Position numbers and translations under genes: made by a program
DNA from: Cecembia calidifontis
Lineage (GTDB): Bacteria > Bacteroidota > Bacteroidia > Cytophagales > Cyclobacteriaceae
Reading direction: 5' to 3'
Assembly (NCBI RefSeq): GCF_004216715.1
Contig: NZ_SGXG01000001.1
Coordinates: forward strand, 4,848,922-4,872,921
DNA length: 24,000 nt
In this document: piece by piece, positions 10,064 to 17,881 of the stretch
Layout: the number at the start of each line of letters is the position of its first letter
Position numbering within the stretch: the stretch's first letter is position 1
The notes under the pieces: model-generated
Database searches by the model: none
What the model saw: only the letters and a program-made list of their open reading frames with translations
What the model was told of the DNA's origin: nothing

Positions 10064-10851
10064 AAAAAATCCTATTGCTATCTTTCTTCCTGCTTGTTCA
10101 CCTAAGCACCCAAGCCCAAAAAATAGCCATTATGGGGGCTTTGGATCAGGAAATCGCTATCCTTTTGGAGAACATGAAAAAACCGAAAAAGCTACACCGG
10201 GGAGGAATTGATTTTTATACGGGTAAACTCCAAGGCCAAAAAGTAGTCGTTCTCAAAGCAGGGGTTGGTAAAGTCAATGCTTCCTACAGCACTGCAGTGC
10301 TCACCCAAAATTTCAAGCTCAGCGCCCTCATCTTCACCGGGGTGGCAGGAGGATTGCATCCAGAGTCCCTGCCCGGAGATTTGGTTATTGGTGAAAAACT
10401 TATGCAGCATGATTTCGGAAAGTTTGATTCTTTGGGCTTTTCTGTGACTCCCTACCGAAAACTCACAGGAGGACATTTGACAAATCTCTTTGTAGAGGCT
10501 GATGAAAAACTCTTGGCAAAAAGTATCCAAGCGGCCGAAAAAGTAGATTTTGTCCCTATTGCAGAAAGACAGCCCAAAGTTTTTGCAGGAGTAATCGCCA
10601 CTGGTGACATGTTTGTCAGCAGCAATGAAAAAGCCCTGTGGTTATTCAAGGAATTTGATGCCCTCGCTACGGAAATGGAAGGAGCAGCAGTAGCCCATCT
10701 CTGCCAAACACTGAATATACCATTTATTGTTATTCGAAGCTGCAGTGACAATGCCAATAACAATGCCCGTGTCAATTTCAACCAATTTGTGGAGCCAGCA
10801 TCGATCAATTCTGCCAAGCTGGTTATGGCAATTTTGGAGGAAATTGAGTAA
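10060..10851 (+). CDS. Predicted exported 5'-methylthioadenosine/S-adenosylhomocysteine nucleosidase-like protein
   Basis: Starts at ATG 10060, overlapping the permease stop (ATGA). Signal peptide MKKILLLSFFLLVHLSTQAQ. Family motifs IAIMGALDQEIAILLENM, VVVLKAGVGKVNAS, EMEGAAVAHLCQTLNIPFIVIRSCSDNA. The track ORF start at 9868 lies inside the permease and is rejected. Confidence 0.88.
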   Translation: MKKILLLSFFLLVHLSTQAQKIAIMGALDQEIAILLENMKKPKKLHRGGIDFYTGKLQGQKVVVLKAGVGKVNASYSTAVLTQNFKLSALIFTGVAGGLHPESLPGDLVIGEKLMQHDFGKFDSLGFSVTPYRKLTGGHLTNLFVEADEKLLAKSIQAAEKVDFVPIAERQPKVFAGVIATGDMFVSSNEKALWLFKEFDALATEMEGAAVAHLCQTLNIPFIVIRSCSDNANNNARVNFNQFVEPASINSAKLVMAILEEIE

Positions 10852-10990
10852 ATTTATAAAACCGATTGCCGATAGATTTTTTCTATAGGATTTGTCTTCC
10901 CATAGTGATCTGGGTCTCATATCAAGCGATAGGTTATACCGAAATTTGAAGTATTAAAAATTATACGATAACCATAAAATCAATAAAGTT

Positions 10991-11638
10991 ATGAGTGAAC
11001 AAGAAATAATCTCCATGCCAAGAATTGGTGACCAGGCTCCCGATTTCAAAGCGATGACTACGACTGGTCCTATGCAGTTTTCTGAATATATAAAAGGCAG
11101 CTGGACCATCTTCTTCTCTCACCCTGCAGACTTTACCCCTGTATGTACTACAGAAATGAGTGGGTTTGCACTGGATCAGAAGTTTTTTGACGAGCACAAC
11201 ACCAAATTGGTGGGTTTAAGTATTGACTCCATTCATGCCCACATTGCTTGGGTCAATAATGTGAAGAAAAATACAGGTGTACTATTTGAGTTCCCGATCG
11301 TTGCGGACATTGACATGAGAGTTTCCAAGCTTTACGGGATGCTTCAGCCAGGTGAAAGCGAAACAGCAGCAGTAAGGGCAGTGTTTTTCATTGATCCAAA
11401 TGGCAAAATCAGACTGATCATGTACTATCCTTTGAATGTGGGCAGAAACATGGATGAAATAAAAAGAGTTTTGATTGCATTACAAACAGCTGACAAACAC
11501 AAAGTAGCCCTTCCATTGAACTGGACCCCCGGCGAAAAAGTAATCGTTCCTCCACCAAAAACTGTAGCCGAAATGCAGGAAAGAGAAGCAAGTGATTATG
11601 AGATGATTGACTTCTATTTGGCTAAAAAGGAATTATAA
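10991..11638 (+). CDS. Peroxiredoxin, 1-Cys/Prx6-like
   Basis: TIFFSHPADFTPVCTTEMSGFA active-site motif; only one Cys in the protein; long Prx6-like C-terminus (NVGRNMDEIKRVLIALQ...PLNWTPGEKVIVPPP). Confidence 0.93.
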   Translation: MSEQEIISMPRIGDQAPDFKAMTTTGPMQFSEYIKGSWTIFFSHPADFTPVCTTEMSGFALDQKFFDEHNTKLVGLSIDSIHAHIAWVNNVKKNTGVLFEFPIVADIDMRVSKLYGMLQPGESETAAVRAVFFIDPNGKIRLIMYYPLNVGRNMDEIKRVLIALQTADKHKVALPLNWTPGEKVIVPPPKTVAEMQEREASDYEMIDFYLAKKEL

Positions 11639-11667
11639 AAAAAAGCGGGATTACCCGCTTTTTTTTT
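11637..11667. terminator. Bidirectional intrinsic terminator between convergent peroxiredoxin and Crp-type regulator genes
   Basis: AAAAAAAAGCGGG-atta-CCCGCTTTTTTTTT; GC stem flanked by an A tract and a T tract, symmetric on both strands. Confidence 0.85.
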
Positions 11668-12313
11668 ATTTGATCAACTCAATCTGATTTCTTTTCACCT
11701 TGACAATACCCTGTTGTTCCAACTTTTTCAGCAATCTGCCGATCACCTCCCTGCTTGAGTTTAACTCAAGGGCAATTTGACTTTGTGTTTCCTTGATAAT
11801 TGTGGACTGACTGGCCTTGGCAGTTTTGTCCAGGTACTCAATGAGACGATCATCCATTTGACGGAAAGCGATGGCATCCACTACTTTCAATAATTCCTCA
11901 AACCTATCCTGATAGCTGTCCATTACAAAAAAGTACCAGGACTGGAATTTGGGCATCCATTCATCCAGCTTACTGATCGGCAAAACCACGGCTCTTGTAT
12001 CTTCCATAGGAATGGCTTTGATCTTGGAGTACCCTTCCCTGGCAGAACAGATCATGGTAATGGCACAAGCCTCTCCGGCATTCAGATAGTACAAAAATAT
12101 TTCATTGTCATCTTCATCTTCACGGAAAACTTTGACAATTCCATCTACGATCAAGGGTATTTGTTCCACTTTCTGGCCGATATCCATGATCAACTCATCG
12201 ACAGGAAAATTGACCAAAACACCCTCCTCAGCTATTGCTTTGACCAGTTTTTCCTCAAAATGAGGAAATTTTTCACTGATCAATTTTTCGATATCCCTAT
12301 CTGTTCCCTTCAT
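11666..12313 (-). CDS. Crp/Fnr-family transcriptional regulator (CRP-type recognition helix, no N-terminal Fe-S cysteine cluster seen)
   Basis: Cyclic-nucleotide-binding-fold N-terminal domain plus HTH: ETQSQIALELNSSREVIGRLLKKLEQQGIVKVKRNQIEL. The SREVIGR helix resembles E. coli CRP SRETVGR. Confidence 0.9.
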   Translation of the reverse strand: MKGTDRDIEKLISEKFPHFEEKLVKAIAEEGVLVNFPVDELIMDIGQKVEQIPLIVDGIVKVFREDEDDNEIFLYYLNAGEACAITMICSAREGYSKIKAIPMEDTRAVVLPISKLDEWMPKFQSWYFFVMDSYQDRFEELLKVVDAIAFRQMDDRLIEYLDKTAKASQSTIIKETQSQIALELNSSREVIGRLLKKLEQQGIVKVKRNQIELIK

Positions 12314-12327
12314 ATGATAATTGAAAG

Positions 12328-12343
12328 CGTGATTTACATCACG
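12328..12343. promoter_or_regulatory. Candidate Crp-type operator palindrome
   Basis: Perfect CGTGAT-TTAC-ATCACG, containing GTGA-N6-TCAC; 14 nt separate it from the regulator start codon (12313) and 68 nt from the first ORF of the cyd cluster (12412). Confidence 0.6.
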
Positions 12344-12411
12344 TTTTTATTAAAACAAGCCCCGTAATTTTAAATCATAAATTCCGAAAACAGTTTCAAA
12401 AAACGGAAAAA

Positions 12412-12615
12412 ATGAAAAAAAATTCTGTACAGTGGCTTTTTCTGATAGGTTTGATCCTAATGCTTATGTACAGGATAACTGCCAGACTACCATTCTTACC
12501 CGAACATATTTACAGTTTTCATACACCCAAAATACTTAAAATTTTAACAGGCTTGATCTTTATTGGATCGGCTTTCTTTTTATACCGAAAACCTTCAAAA
12601 GGCAAAAGCTTATGA
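12412..12615 (+). CDS. Small uncharacterised membrane protein, coupled to cydA
   Basis: 67 aa with two hydrophobic segments (WLFLIGLILMLMY; ILKILTGLIFIGSAFFLY). ATGA overlap with cydA (12612). Confidence 0.65.
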   Translation: MKKNSVQWLFLIGLILMLMYRITARLPFLPEHIYSFHTPKILKILTGLIFIGSAFFLYRKPSKGKSL

Positions 12616-13997
12616 ATTGGGATGTAGAAACCCTCTCGCGGATACAATTCGCTTTCACGATCATGTTCCATTATATTTTCCCGCCTTTTAGCATAGGCAT
12701 GGGATTGCTCTTGGTCATTTTCGAATCCTTGTACCTGATTACCCGTAAGGCAATTTATGAGAAAATTACCCGGTTCTGGATCAAAATATTTGCGGCCAAC
12801 TTTGCTGTAGGAGTTGCATCCGGAATTGTCATGGAATTTGAATTTGGAACCAACTGGGCCACCTATTCAAGATTTGTAGGGGATATTTTCGGGTCTCCTT
12901 TGGCAGCTGAGGGGATTTTTGCCTTCTTCCTGGAATCAGGTTTTTTGGCCATCCTGCTCTTTGGATGGAACCGCGTCAAACCTGGCATGCACCTTTTCGC
13001 TACCATTATGGTCGCACTGGGTTCTATCCTGTCAGGTTTTTGGATTGTAGTAGCCAATAGTTGGCAGCAAACACCCGTTGCTTTCGAAATTGTGGAAGAC
13101 TTCGGAATCAGAAGGGCTGTCATTACAGATTTTTGGGAGATGGTATTCAACCCATCTGCCATGGTAAGGTTCAGTCATGTAATTGTAGGCGCATTTATTC
13201 AGGGCGCATTTTTGGTGATGAGTGTGGGAGCTTATTACATTTTGAAAAAGAAACACCTTGAATTTGCCAAAATATCCTTTTCCATAGCGCTTATGGTGGC
13301 TGCGATGGGCTCTTTGGCGCAACCACTGATAGGACATACCCATGCCCAGGTGGTTGAAAAATACCAACCGGCTAAATTGGCTGCTTTTGAAGGCCTTTAC
13401 GAAACCCAAAAAAATGCCCCTCTTTACATAATTGGCTGGACCGATCCTGTCACTCAGGAGACTACCGGTTTAGCTATCCCTGGGATGTTAAGCTACCTTG
13501 TACACGGAACCTTTGAAGGAGAAGTTAAAGGTTTAAAGGAGTTCCCAAAAGAAGATTGGCCCCCTGTAAAAGGAGTGTTTCAAAGTTACCATCTGATGGT
13601 GGCATTGGGGATGTTTTTTATTGCCCTGACGCTTTTCAGTCTTTTTATGCTATGGAGGGGGAAATTATTTGAGATGACCTGGCTTTTGAAGCTCTATTTA
13701 CCCGCAGTAGCTCTTCCTGTGATAGCCAATCAGCTTGGATGGATATCTGCAGAAAGAGGCAGGCAGCCTTGGATAGTTCAGGGGCTGTTGCGTACCAGTG
13801 AAGGGATATCGAAATCCATCACCTCAGAAGAAGTAATGATATCACTGGTCCTGTTCATGATCGTCTATACCCTCTTGTTCTTTGTCTGGCTTTATGTCTT
13901 GGACAGGGAAATCAAGCATGGCCCAGATCATTTGCAGGTTATTGAGGCCGGATTCAAAAAAAGATCGGAAAAAATGGATGTCATCAAAACGAATTAA
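12612..13997 (+). CDS. cydA: Cytochrome bd ubiquinol oxidase subunit I
   Basis: LSRIQFAFTIMFHYIFPPFSIG, MEFEFGTNWATYSRFVGDIFGSPLAAEG, GQ/GWISAERGRQPWIVQGLLRTSEG. Compact Q-loop region. Confidence 0.95.
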   Translation: MNWDVETLSRIQFAFTIMFHYIFPPFSIGMGLLLVIFESLYLITRKAIYEKITRFWIKIFAANFAVGVASGIVMEFEFGTNWATYSRFVGDIFGSPLAAEGIFAFFLESGFLAILLFGWNRVKPGMHLFATIMVALGSILSGFWIVVANSWQQTPVAFEIVEDFGIRRAVITDFWEMVFNPSAMVRFSHVIVGAFIQGAFLVMSVGAYYILKKKHLEFAKISFSIALMVAAMGSLAQPLIGHTHAQVVEKYQPAKLAAFEGLYETQKNAPLYIIGWTDPVTQETTGLAIPGMLSYLVHGTFEGEVKGLKEFPKEDWPPVKGVFQSYHLMVALGMFFIALTLFSLFMLWRGKLFEMTWLLKLYLPAVALPVIANQLGWISAERGRQPWIVQGLLRTSEGISKSITSEEVMISLVLFMIVYTLLFFVWLYVLDREIKHGPDHLQVIEAGFKKRSEKMDVIKTN

Positions 13998-14002
13998 TCA
14001 CC

Positions 14003-15079
14003 ATGGACTATAATATTATCTGGTATATTCTTGTAGGGGTTTTATTAATTGGCTACGCAATTTTGGATGGATTTGACTTAGGCGTAGGAATTTTACACCT
14101 TTTCTCAAAAGGTGATTACAATAGAAGAATTTTAATGAATTCTATAGGGCCCGTTTGGGATGGCAATGAAGTTTGGTTGATCACGGCCGGAGGTGCTCTT
14201 TTTGCAGCTTTTCCTAATGTTTATGCCACTGCTTTTTCCAGCTTTTACTTGCCCTTTATGCTTTTATTGATTGCCTTGATTTTCAGGGCAGTATCGATAG
14301 AATTCCGGAGCAAGGAAAAAAGTACCAGGTGGAGAAGTTTTTGGGACAAGGGTTTTTCAATAGGATCCATTCTTGCAGCTTTGTTATTTGGGTTGGCCAT
14401 AGGAAATGTGGTCATGGGTTTTGCCATTGGAGATGACATGGAATACCAGGGAAATGTCTTTGATCTGCTGAACCCTTATGCGCTTACCGCGGGAATTTTT
14501 GCTTTAAGCATGTTTGCACTTCACGGAGCCATCTATCTGAATATGAAAACCGAGGGAGAGCTTCAATTGCAGGTCCAAAAATGGATCAAAGTGGCATACT
14601 GGATATTTGTGCCGCTTTTCGTTGTCTTTTCATTGTTGACATTATACCTCAAACCGGAAATGATCGCAAATTTTTCCTTTGGAATGATTGATTTGCCTGG
14701 TAATAAACACGCATTGATAGAAAAACATGAAGTCCTGATTTCCATCTTTGCCTGGACTGTGGTAGCCCTGAACATCTTAGCTATTGCCAACATTCCCAGG
14801 ACCCTTCACAAGGGTAGTTATGGCTGGACATTTATTTCTTCTGCAAGTATGATTGCCGCTGTGGTCATGTTGTTTGCTTTGGGAATTTTCCCCAACATGA
14901 TGATTTCCAACCTTGATCCGGGGTTTAACCTGGACATCTACAATGCTTCCTCTTCTCCATACACCTTAAGGACAATGGCAATTTTGGCGGCATTTGGATT
15001 GCCGTTTGTAACTTCTTACACCATTATCATTTATTGGACTTACAGAGGAAAAGTGAAATTAGATGAAATGAGCTACTGA
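14003..15079 (+). CDS. cydB: Cytochrome bd ubiquinol oxidase subunit II
   Basis: LLIGYAILDGFDLGVGILH, SIGPVWDGNEVWLITAGGALFAAFPNVYAT, FRAVSIEFRSK. Confidence 0.95.
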   Translation: MDYNIIWYILVGVLLIGYAILDGFDLGVGILHLFSKGDYNRRILMNSIGPVWDGNEVWLITAGGALFAAFPNVYATAFSSFYLPFMLLLIALIFRAVSIEFRSKEKSTRWRSFWDKGFSIGSILAALLFGLAIGNVVMGFAIGDDMEYQGNVFDLLNPYALTAGIFALSMFALHGAIYLNMKTEGELQLQVQKWIKVAYWIFVPLFVVFSLLTLYLKPEMIANFSFGMIDLPGNKHALIEKHEVLISIFAWTVVALNILAIANIPRTLHKGSYGWTFISSASMIAAVVMLFALGIFPNMMISNLDPGFNLDIYNASSSPYTLRTMAILAAFGLPFVTSYTIIIYWTYRGKVKLDEMSY

Positions 15080-15181
15080 TTTCCTGAATTACAATCAATT
15101 ATCAGGCTATTAACTGACTTAGATCATGATTTTTTAGGACAAAAGACCCTAACATCGTCTGTTCATTCAAACTATTAGGAT

Positions 15182-15670
15182 ATGTCCCAGACCATAAAAC
15201 TTTCCACCGCCCAGACTAGCGCATTGGTATTGATGCGCTTGTTTGTAGGCTGGCACTTTCTCTATGAAGGTGTAATCAAACTTTACAGCCCTTATTGGAC
15301 TGCCAAGGGGTATCTACTGAGCGCCACTTACATGAAATCTTTCTTTCAGTGGCTTGCCGGCGAATCCATGATTTCAATTGTGGACACCATGAATATTGCA
15401 GCACTTCTCCTGGTAGGAGTAGCATTGGTGATTGGTTTCAAAACCAAACTGGCCAGCATCATAGGCATAGGCTTATTGCTGTTATACTATTTCGCCCATC
15501 CTCCCTTTCCGGGATATCCCCAGGGCATCACTGAAGGCAGCTATTGGATCGTCAACAAAAACCTGATTGAGGCTGCTGCTTTGATGGTGATTTTTCTTTT
15601 CCCTACTTCCACCCATTTTGGTCTGGAAAGGCTATTTGTAAAAAAACAGGTACAAACTTCCACTCCTTAA
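15182..15670 (+). CDS. DoxX-family membrane protein
   Basis: LVLMRLFVGWHFLYEGVIKLYSPYWTAKGYL N-terminal DoxX/DoxD-like segment, four hydrophobic stretches. Confidence 0.75.
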   Translation: MSQTIKLSTAQTSALVLMRLFVGWHFLYEGVIKLYSPYWTAKGYLLSATYMKSFFQWLAGESMISIVDTMNIAALLLVGVALVIGFKTKLASIIGIGLLLLYYFAHPPFPGYPQGITEGSYWIVNKNLIEAAALMVIFLFPTSTHFGLERLFVKKQVQTSTP

Positions 15671-15682
15671 ACCACTGCAACC

Positions 15683-17302
15683 ATGTCAAACGATAAAAAA
15701 TTATTCAAAGGATTTTCGAGAAGGGATTTGCTCAAAAGCCTTGCAGGAGTTCCGATTTTAGGGGCTGTTTGGTATGCCGGCCTTAGCAATACCGAAAAAG
15801 CTAAACTGGAAAGGGAGTTTTTGCTTGAAAAACTCAATATCAAAGCCACCCCTCCACCTGATTCGGGTCCGATGAGCGGTGAGCCCTTGCGTGTAGGGCT
15901 TATTGGCTTCGGCATCAGGGGAGAACAATTGATGCGCTCATTGGGCTTTGCCACCCAGGAGTGGTTGGAAGATATGGCCAAGTCTTCAGCCGAAAACCCC
16001 AATGACAAAAGGTTGGAGGATTTCAAAGCCCAGGAAAACCTCAATGTAAAGCTCACGGCCATTTGCGACATCTTTGATGTCAGGGCGGAAAAAGCACTTC
16101 GCTCATTTAACAGCAACGGCAATACCTGCAAAAGGTACAAGAGCCATCTGGACTTAATCAACAGCGGTGAAGTGGACGCTGTCATCATTTCGACTCCGGA
16201 TCACTGGCATGCCCCCATGGCCAAAGTAGCGGTAGAAGCAGGAGTCCATGTTTATTTGGAAAAACCGATGACCCATACTATACAGGAAACTTACGAATTG
16301 AGAGATGCCGTGAGAAAAAATCCGGGAGTGGTTTTCGCTGTTGGGCATCAGCACAGGCAGACCCAGAGTTTCCTTACTGCCATGGATGCCATAGCCAAAA
16401 ATACCTTAGGACATATTTCCCTGATTATGACCACAACTAACAGGAATGATGACAATGGCGCTTGGCAATATGAAATACATCCCGATGCTTCCACATCTAC
16501 CATAGACTGGAATGAATTTTTGGGCACTGCACCACAAATTCCTTTCAACGCTGAGCATTTCTTCCGATGGAGAAAATGGTGGGCTTATGGCTCAGGTTTA
16601 TCGGGAGATCTGTTGACCCATGATTATGACAGAATCAACTGCATTTTGAAAATGGGTATTCCAAAATATGTATCCGCCTCTGGGGGAATCTATACCCATA
16701 GAGATGGCAGGAATGTACCGGATGTCATGCACATCAATATGGAATTCCCGGACTTTACTTCCGGCGGCAGTCAGGAAGCAGGAAAGGAAAAAGGCATGAC
16801 ACTGGTGTACAGTGCTACCTTGGGAAATCAGTTTGACAGAGGCACCCTACTGATGGGGCATGACGCCTCCATGGAACTGGGTAATACGCTGACAATTTAT
16901 GCAGATCCCCGATCAACCAAATACAGGGAACTGATCAAGGAAGGTAGGATTGATCCAAAGGTTCCAATCTACCAGTATGATCCAAGTGCCAACGGAGTGG
17001 ATGCGGTAACCTCTGCCACTGCCAAATACTTTGCAGACAAAGGGCTGCTCTGGACTTACAGGGATGGAAAAAGGGTGGACTCCACCTTCCTGCACATCAG
17101 GGAATGGCTGAGTTGTATCCGAAATGGAGGAGATCCAAGCTGTGGCATTCAGGAAGGTTTTGAAGAGGCCATCACAGCACATATGGGAGGCTTGTCCTAT
17201 AAAATTGGAAGAAAAATTGAGTGGGATGAAGAAAGAGAAGCAATCATTGCCCTTCCGGGAGAAGATCTGGATGCCATATTACTCAACAACGAAGTTGTTT
17301 AA
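15683..17302 (+). CDS. Gfo/Idh/MocA-family oxidoreductase with Tat-like leader
   Basis: FSRRDLLKSLAGVPILGAVWYAG twin-arginine leader; Rossmann VGLIGFGIRGEQLMRSL; VDAVIISTPDHWHAPMAKVAVEAGVHVYLEKPMTHT; GHQHRQT. Confidence 0.93.
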   Translation: MSNDKKLFKGFSRRDLLKSLAGVPILGAVWYAGLSNTEKAKLEREFLLEKLNIKATPPPDSGPMSGEPLRVGLIGFGIRGEQLMRSLGFATQEWLEDMAKSSAENPNDKRLEDFKAQENLNVKLTAICDIFDVRAEKALRSFNSNGNTCKRYKSHLDLINSGEVDAVIISTPDHWHAPMAKVAVEAGVHVYLEKPMTHTIQETYELRDAVRKNPGVVFAVGHQHRQTQSFLTAMDAIAKNTLGHISLIMTTTNRNDDNGAWQYEIHPDASTSTIDWNEFLGTAPQIPFNAEHFFRWRKWWAYGSGLSGDLLTHDYDRINCILKMGIPKYVSASGGIYTHRDGRNVPDVMHINMEFPDFTSGGSQEAGKEKGMTLVYSATLGNQFDRGTLLMGHDASMELGNTLTIYADPRSTKYRELIKEGRIDPKVPIYQYDPSANGVDAVTSATAKYFADKGLLWTYRDGKRVDSTFLHIREWLSCIRNGGDPSCGIQEGFEEAITAHMGGLSYKIGRKIEWDEEREAIIALPGEDLDAILLNNEVV

Positions 17303-17317
17303 CACCCAAATCAAACC

Positions 17318-17360
17318 AAAAAAGAGGCTGTCTCCTAAATAGGATCAGCCTCCTTTTTTT
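17318..17360. terminator. Terminator-like hairpin downstream of the Gfo/Idh/MocA gene
   Basis: AAAAAA-GAGGCTG-tctCCTaaatAGGat-CAGCCTC-cTTTTTTT; 7-bp outer stem with a nested 3-bp stem and a T tract. Confidence 0.75.
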
Positions 17361-17776
17361 GTCGAAAAGATGGGCAGCGGATAGTTGCAGTCTAGGTAAG
17401 GGTAAAATTCGATGATTCTTTTAAAAACAAAAGCGGGAACAACCTTCTCAGATTATTCCCGCTTCGTAATTTGAAAGCCTTGACCCTCAAACTATGCCAA
17501 GCTACAGTTATTTTGACTTTCCCCCAGTTGCCCGGATTCATGGCTTTAGATTTTCAAACCTTGACTTTTCAATCCTTTCGAATCTCAAGCTTGATGTCAA
17601 TGTTTCTGCGGTGTTACCCTTCTCAGACTATCGAATTTATCTCCAGCCCCTTCACAATCACATTTCAGGTTTTCAATCCTTGCCCGGAATTCTACTTCCG
17701 GCCTTTTATCTCTTACTTGATATGATCATAAATAGCATTTAAATAGCTGAAAAACAAAAATTTAAGCAAATTATAT

Positions 17777-17828
17777 TTACCCACAAATTTTCCACACAAA
17801 AACCAAGGATAACCACAATTTATCCACA
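17777..17828 (+). promoter_or_regulatory. Cluster of four same-orientation DnaA-box-like (nnnnCCACA) motifs
   Basis: TTACCCACA (17777-17785), TTTTCCACA (17788-17796), ATAACCACA (17809-17817), TTATCCACA (17820-17828, matches the canonical DnaA box); start spacing 11, 21 and 11 bp. Confidence 0.45.
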
Positions 17829-17861
17829 AAAAAGCTGCCTGGGATTTAATGCAGCTTTTTT
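17828..17861. terminator. Intrinsic terminator downstream of the TonB-dependent receptor
   Basis: AAAAAAGCTGC-ctgggatttaat-GCAGCTTTTTT; 11-bp perfect arms; gives a T tract for minus-strand transcription as well. Confidence 0.8.
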
Positions 17862-17881
17862 GTCAATTTATCCGATACTTA

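Noticed and set aside
15080-15181. A CydX-like small ORF between cydB and doxX
   Set aside because: The only nearby ATG in the spacer reads ATG ATT TTT TAG; no short membrane-protein frame is present.
17471-17742. Two overlapping plus-strand ORFs (84 and 82 aa)
   Set aside because: Different frames of the same T/C-rich spacer with similar low-complexity residues; more consistent with non-coding decayed repeat DNA.
17724-17828. Calling the DnaA-box-like cluster a chromosomal replication origin
   Set aside because: No replication genes in the window, flanking genes converge rather than diverge, and skew cannot be computed here. Kept as a candidate DnaA-type site only.
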